Shown: one piece after another, positions 59,892 through 64,000 of the stretch
Layout of the letters: the number at the start of each line of letters is the position of its first letter
Position numbering within the stretch: the stretch's first letter is position 1
From: Flavobacteriales bacterium
GTDB lineage: Bacteria; Bacteroidota; Bacteroidia; Palsa-965
Direction of reading: 5' to 3'
Length of the DNA stretch: 64,000 nt
NCBI GenBank assembly: GCA_040377305.1
Contig: JBEIPA010000002.1
Span: 66,245 to 130,244 of the forward strand
Translations under genes and position numbers: made by a program
The notes under the pieces: generated by a model
Seen by the model: the letters and a program-made list of their open reading frames with translations, nothing else
Database searches by the model: none
Told to the model about the DNA's origin: nothing

Positions 59892-60006
59892 GACACCCTG
59901 CAGGAGTTAAACGCTTGCAGGGTTAGGAAGTGGATACCCTTCAAGGGCTTAACCCTTGAAGCCTTGAATCGTAGACACCCTGCAGGAGTTAAACGCTTGC
60001 AGGGTT
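59892..60006. repeat. REP-like hairpin array (locus 2)
   Basis: Two identical 33-bp copies of GACACCCTGCAGGAGTTAAACGCTTGCAGGGTT, plus a variant hairpin CCCTTCAAGGGCTTAACCCTTGAAG. Confidence 0.5.
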
Positions 60007-60011
60007 TATCT

Positions 60012-60044
60012 CAAAAAAAATCCCCCGGGTATTAGCCGAGGGAT
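60012..60044 (-). terminator. gldN (gldKLMN operon) rho-independent terminator
   Basis: Minus strand reads ATCCCTCGG, CTAATA, CCGGGGGAT, then TTTTTTTT. Confidence 0.7.
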
Positions 60045-60064
60045 CTTTTATGCGTTAGCACCGT

Positions 60065-60925
60065 TTAAAAGTGCCACAAATCGTGTTCGTAAACGAAGAT
60101 ATCGCCTTTGATGCGTTCTGATTCCAGGAGCGCGTCCAGACCCGTGTAATACGACTGAATGTTACGGTCGTAAACGTTGGTTTCTTTGTGGACGTAGCTC
60201 TGGAACATACGCTTCCAGAAAATATCATCGATGGAGCGACGCTCAGCATCCGTTTTGAGGTTATACACCTCAGCCTGCGCAAACGTTTGTCTGCACTGCG
60301 GGAAATACACCCAGAACAGCGGCAGGTAACCAACAACCTCACCGGTCGACGGATCTTGCTTTTCTTTCATTGGGCAAAGTCCCAGGATACGAACGTCCAT
60401 AACAGAACGTTGTTTGTCGAAGAACCAGTCTTCCTTCATCCAATACGCTTTCACGTTGTTTGTAAGAAGCTCGGTTTTGATCGGCGCGAGGATATACGTT
60501 CCAGGGTTATTCGGATCTTCTACCTGATTGGTAGAATCCCACTGTACGAAGAGGCCTTCAATTGCCGCCTTCGACATTTTAACCTTGAACTCGTCGTCCA
60601 TTGCAGGATTATCGAAAGCAGTAATTGTTCCTGCCATCAATGCATCCTTCAATACGTCGAACAAGCTACGACGGTCTTGAATTCTTGATTCAGGATAGTA
60701 CAACGGATGGTTGAACTTTTCCCTCATATCCAGCGTACGCCATACGCGCTTTGACCACATAACGTCTGCTTCACGCAGGTACGTGTACGGAATCGGGCGA
60801 CGTGTACGGGTGTTTTCCTTCAGGTAAATCTGATCAGGAAAATTCGGATCGAGAATCTGCGCATCGGATGAACCGAACGACAGGATCACGACAACCGCTA
60901 CCAGTAAGAATCTGAACCTTTTCAT
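60065..60925 (-). CDS. gldN: Gliding motility / T9SS protein GldN
   Basis: Lies immediately downstream of gldM. Has a signal peptide and the conserved GldN blocks. 286 aa. Confidence 0.8.
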   Translation of the reverse strand: MKRFRFLLVAVVVILSFGSSDAQILDPNFPDQIYLKENTRTRRPIPYTYLREADVMWSKRVWRTLDMREKFNHPLYYPESRIQDRRSLFDVLKDALMAGTITAFDNPAMDDEFKVKMSKAAIEGLFVQWDSTNQVEDPNNPGTYILAPIKTELLTNNVKAYWMKEDWFFDKQRSVMDVRILGLCPMKEKQDPSTGEVVGYLPLFWVYFPQCRQTFAQAEVYNLKTDAERRSIDDIFWKRMFQSYVHKETNVYDRNIQSYYTGLDALLESERIKGDIFVYEHDLWHF

Positions 60926-60957
60926 GTTTTGTTACCTCCCTTAGAGTTTGTTGGTGT

Positions 60958-62592
60958 TTATTTCACCTTAATGTTTACGCCAGGAATTTTACGTAAAGTT
61001 CCGTCAGGACCTTTTACCGTTACTTGCTCGAAGAAGACTTTGTTTCCAGGCTTAGCTCCTCCAAGTAGTGTTTTCATTTCCGCCGTAATAGCAGGACCAT
61101 TCGCTTTTTTCTCAACGAATACCCCGTTCACGTTCATAGACATCACAAATGATACCACAGAGAACGATAAGTCAAAGTCGAAGTTTTCCATACGTGCGAA
61201 AACACCACTTGCACTCGTCAGTTCACCCTTAGTCATCTGTCCGTCACCTTTGATAGATCCTACATAAGCAACCGGATCCGGTACACGCTTGATACGGAAT
61301 TCAAAAGTCCCCATGGATTTCTGAACGCCATTCAATTTTGCACCAACGTTGATCGTTGCTTTAGTTCCGCTAGACACCGATACAATGTACGAGCCTGGTT
61401 TTCCACCCGGACGCATCGTTCCACCTGTAAGAGATGGTTGAAGATCGCCAGGAGCAACACCTGCTGCAGAAATTGTAATAGGATTGTCGACACCGATGTA
61501 GAACACGTTCATCTTCTCGAGGAATACCGCTGCAGACGGTGCTGCTACGATGTACTCCGATTTGAACGGATAGCTCTCGTACGAGTTGTCAGGCTTCTTC
61601 ACGCGGATCAATCCAGACCATGTCTGAAGACCAACAGAACCAGCTGCAACTTCATAGGTACCAATCCCGCGGCTAACTTTCACCGTTGTAGAATCGATAT
61701 TGCCTTTAGGCTGCTTGGTAACTGAATCATAGTCGCACAGCCAGATCTCAGGATCTTGTGTTGTAGAGAATGCAGCTACGAACAAGTTCGCAACGTACTT
61801 ATCTCCTGAAAGAACGTAAGATGTTGGAGCTACTACTTTCGCAGCGAGTGTATCGAACTTAAAGTCGTTCTTAGATACAGAGCTCAAAAGTTCGTTTACT
61901 ACTTCACCTTCTGCGTTCTTGATATCAACCTGCATACGCGTGAGGTTAGCCAACATTGCAACGATCGGCATGTGATAGAAGTTATACCACTCCCAACTCA
62001 CATACTTTTCTTCGCTCTGGTGATACTGATCACCACAAGAAAATGCTTCAAGCTGATTCTTCAATTCCGACTGTTGCTCAGGGCTCATCTGTGCATTGAG
62101 GAACTTCTTGTAATCAAGAAGTTTCGTTTTCAATTCAGCGGCTTTCCCTGTAACGTTTGACGGATCTGATCCGATCATGTAGTTCGTTGGAACATCATAA
62201 TCATCCGGTTTAGAAATGAGGACAGAACGAAGCGTGTCGCCTACTTTCTTCTCTGCTTCACCCGCGCCAACGCCAAATTCAACCTGAGTTTTCAGTTCGC
62301 CTTTGAGAGTCTGGATGTAATCAGAGAGTTTCTTAGACTCTGCTTTCACTAACTGAGCCTTGTCAAATAAAGGCTTAGTCTTCTTTTCATCATTCAACAT
62401 TGCAAGGTCGAACTGTGTATAAAGAATACCGTTCTTGTTGTCAATGCCCTTGGTAGTCTCAATCAAGCCCGTTTCGATTACGACGAAGGACAAGATGATC
62501 TCCTTAGATATGTTCAGGGCCAGAAGTGCGGTGAGTACGAGGTACATCATACCGATCATCTTCTGCCTTGGTGACTGTTTTCCACCTGCCAT
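60958..62592 (-). CDS. gldM: Gliding motility / T9SS protein GldM (PorM)
   Basis: N-terminus MAGGKQSPRQKMIGMMYLVLTALLALNISKE is canonical GldM. 544 aa. Confidence 0.85.
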   Translation of the reverse strand: MAGGKQSPRQKMIGMMYLVLTALLALNISKEIILSFVVIETGLIETTKGIDNKNGILYTQFDLAMLNDEKKTKPLFDKAQLVKAESKKLSDYIQTLKGELKTQVEFGVGAGEAEKKVGDTLRSVLISKPDDYDVPTNYMIGSDPSNVTGKAAELKTKLLDYKKFLNAQMSPEQQSELKNQLEAFSCGDQYHQSEEKYVSWEWYNFYHMPIVAMLANLTRMQVDIKNAEGEVVNELLSSVSKNDFKFDTLAAKVVAPTSYVLSGDKYVANLFVAAFSTTQDPEIWLCDYDSVTKQPKGNIDSTTVKVSRGIGTYEVAAGSVGLQTWSGLIRVKKPDNSYESYPFKSEYIVAAPSAAVFLEKMNVFYIGVDNPITISAAGVAPGDLQPSLTGGTMRPGGKPGSYIVSVSSGTKATINVGAKLNGVQKSMGTFEFRIKRVPDPVAYVGSIKGDGQMTKGELTSASGVFARMENFDFDLSFSVVSFVMSMNVNGVFVEKKANGPAITAEMKTLLGGAKPGNKVFFEQVTVKGPDGTLRKIPGVNIKVK

Positions 62593-62634
62593 TTAGAGTA
62601 TCCTCCTTATGTTATTGTTAGGCAATACTGTTAA

Positions 62635-63498
62635 TTAACGGCGAACGTTCATCGCAGTGAGCATGTTGCCATACACTGTGTTGAGTTGTTCGAGGTTAGA
62701 AGCGAGGTTGTTGATCTCACTGCGGTAGCGACGAGTATCATCCATAGATTCATTGAGGTTACCAAGAATGCTCTGGATTCCTTCGTACAACGTGTTCGTA
62801 GCTTTGAGGTGTTCGTTAGACCCCTGCAATTGCAACTCGTAAGCTGCGTTAAGTGCAGAAAGGTTTTTCGAAACTTTTCCAAGCTGTTCACTGTAGTTAG
62901 AAGCTTCATCGTTTGCAACTGAGAAAGACTCGAGCGTTTTCGAAGCGCGCGTGTATGCAGTAGCCAACTGGTCAACGGAAGAACTAACGCTTTCGTTCGC
63001 ACGATCGTAAGCCTGCGCAAGACGATCAACAGTTCCTGATGCTTTGTTCATGTTTGCAGAAAACTCCTGCGACGCAACACTAGCATCAGTAAGCTCACCG
63101 ATCTTGGTTACGCTGTCGCTGAGGTTACGCATTCCCTGACCAAGACTTTCCAGAAGATCCGGACCAATCTTAGCCTCTTCAAGCATCTTGTCGAGCTGGT
63201 TTGTCAACGGATCTCCGCTAACTCCACCTACAAGCTCCTTCGCTTTGTTCTCGTCATTCATTCCCGCAAGTTCCGGGTACACCAAAGTCCAGTCGTACTC
63301 TTCATGAATCGGTTCGAAGGCCGAGAAAATAAAGATAACCGCCTCTGTTCCGAGACCTACAATCAACATAAGACCTGCTCCAGGCCAGTGTTGAATTTTA
63401 AAGAGTGCGCCGACGATTACGACTGCTGCACCGAAGCCATATAGCTTCGCCATGAAGCCCTTCCACTTCTTACTTGCAAAAAAACTGTTACCGCTCAT
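62635..63498 (-). CDS. gldL: Gliding motility / T9SS protein GldL (PorL)
   Basis: N-terminal KKWKGFMAKLYGFGAAVVIVGALFKIQHWPGA, two TM helices, then a coiled-coil tail. 287 aa. Confidence 0.85.
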   Translation of the reverse strand: MSGNSFFASKKWKGFMAKLYGFGAAVVIVGALFKIQHWPGAGLMLIVGLGTEAVIFIFSAFEPIHEEYDWTLVYPELAGMNDENKAKELVGGVSGDPLTNQLDKMLEEAKIGPDLLESLGQGMRNLSDSVTKIGELTDASVASQEFSANMNKASGTVDRLAQAYDRANESVSSSVDQLATAYTRASKTLESFSVANDEASNYSEQLGKVSKNLSALNAAYELQLQGSNEHLKATNTLYEGIQSILGNLNESMDDTRRYRSEINNLASNLEQLNTVYGNMLTAMNVRR

Positions 63499-63564
63499 TG
63501 TTTGTGCTTGTTTGGTTGGTTAAGGAAACAGAAAAAAAATTATTGTGATTCTGGGATTACGGTT

Positions 63565-64000
63565 CTATAGGTCATCATCCTTCGAACGACCTAAGAAGGT
63601 CATTACACAGCGGAATCCAACGTAACACTTAGCAGTATCCTGGTACTCGTAAGTACGTGATGAATTCTGAAGATAGAATCCAACGTCTTTCCAAGAACCA
63701 CCACGGATAACCTTACGGCAAAGCACAGGGATTTGCTCGTCGGCTACAGTAGTTTCATACTGATAGTCAGGGTTGAGGTCATGCATGAAATCGTATGCAG
63801 ACTCATCGAACGCGTTGTTTGTCCACTCAGCTGCGTTACCAGCCATACAGTAGAAGCCCCAGTCGTTCGGGTTGTAAGAGAAAATCTTTACCGTGTGGAA
63901 TCCACCGTCATCGATGTACGAACCGCGCATTGGTTTGAAGTTTCCTAAGAAACAACCACGTGCGTTACGGATGTATGGACCGCCCCAAGGGAATGGGTTC
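63565..64000 (-). CDS. gldK: Gliding motility / T9SS lipoprotein GldK (PorK), FGE-sulfatase fold, C-terminal part only
   Basis: RGGSW ... GFRCV formylglycine-generating-enzyme-like motifs. The reading frame stays open to the window edge, so the gene continues beyond 64000. Confidence 0.75.
   Translation of the reverse strand, partial: NPFPWGGPYIRNARGCFLGNFKPMRGSYIDDGGFHTVKIFSYNPNDWGFYCMAGNAAEWTNNAFDESAYDFMHDLNPDYQYETTVADEQIPVLCRKVIRGGSWKDVGFYLQNSSRTYEYQDTAKCYVGFRCVMTFLGRSKDDDL

Noticed and set aside
1-64000. CRISPR arrays, tRNA/rRNA genes
   Set aside because: No regularly spaced identical direct repeats with unique spacers. The tandem repeats found have 6-8-bp units with no spacers. No T-loop or cloverleaf-like segments were recognised in intergenic DNA.

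Overview
This is a 64-kb chromosomal segment from a Bacteroidota (Bacteroidetes) genome, judged from its type IX secretion / gliding machinery genes. Genes are densely packed and no rRNA, tRNA or CRISPR array is recognisable. Recognisable content, in order: two tandem PssA-type CDP-alcohol phosphatidyltransferase paralogs divergent from an MBOAT O-acyltransferase with a partner gene; porV-porU (T9SS); lnt; a secreted vWA protein; hemH; pabB; tilS; a standalone DsbD N-domain paralog followed by full-length dsbD; lptB; a DUF5686-like outer-membrane protein; an AhpD-like protein; tatC; a TPR membrane protein; two TonB-dependent-receptor-type beta-barrels (one with a DUF4249 partner); trxB; a histidine operon split in two (hisG-D-C-B ... 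pabA-hisH-A-F-IE) by a 5.3-kb opposite-strand block that carries a lipase-like hydrolase, a T9SS-sorted S8 peptidase and small unknown genes; a ChaN-like lipoprotein; an ABC-F ATPase; an AI-2E transporter; DUF2461; three tandem gldN-family paralogs; and gldM, gldL and partial gldK. Beyond the genes, the most notable signals are: (i) a classical leader-peptide attenuator upstream of hisG, with an 18-codon leader MNMNKTTFHHHMLHHCKL, an antiterminator-capable segment and a terminator; (ii) a second leader-like small ORF and terminator immediately upstream of pabA-hisHAFIE; (iii) three families of dispersed intergenic repeats, namely an 8-bp GGCAYATC tandem repeat at four loci, CAGT-unit palindromic arrays at six loci, and CCCTGCA..TGCAGGG REP-like hairpins at two loci; and (iv) a local shift in codon usage around the 3' end of the S8 peptidase gene. 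I found no recognisable defence or toxin system. The candidates for novelty are the repeat families and the rearranged, doubly attenuated his locus.
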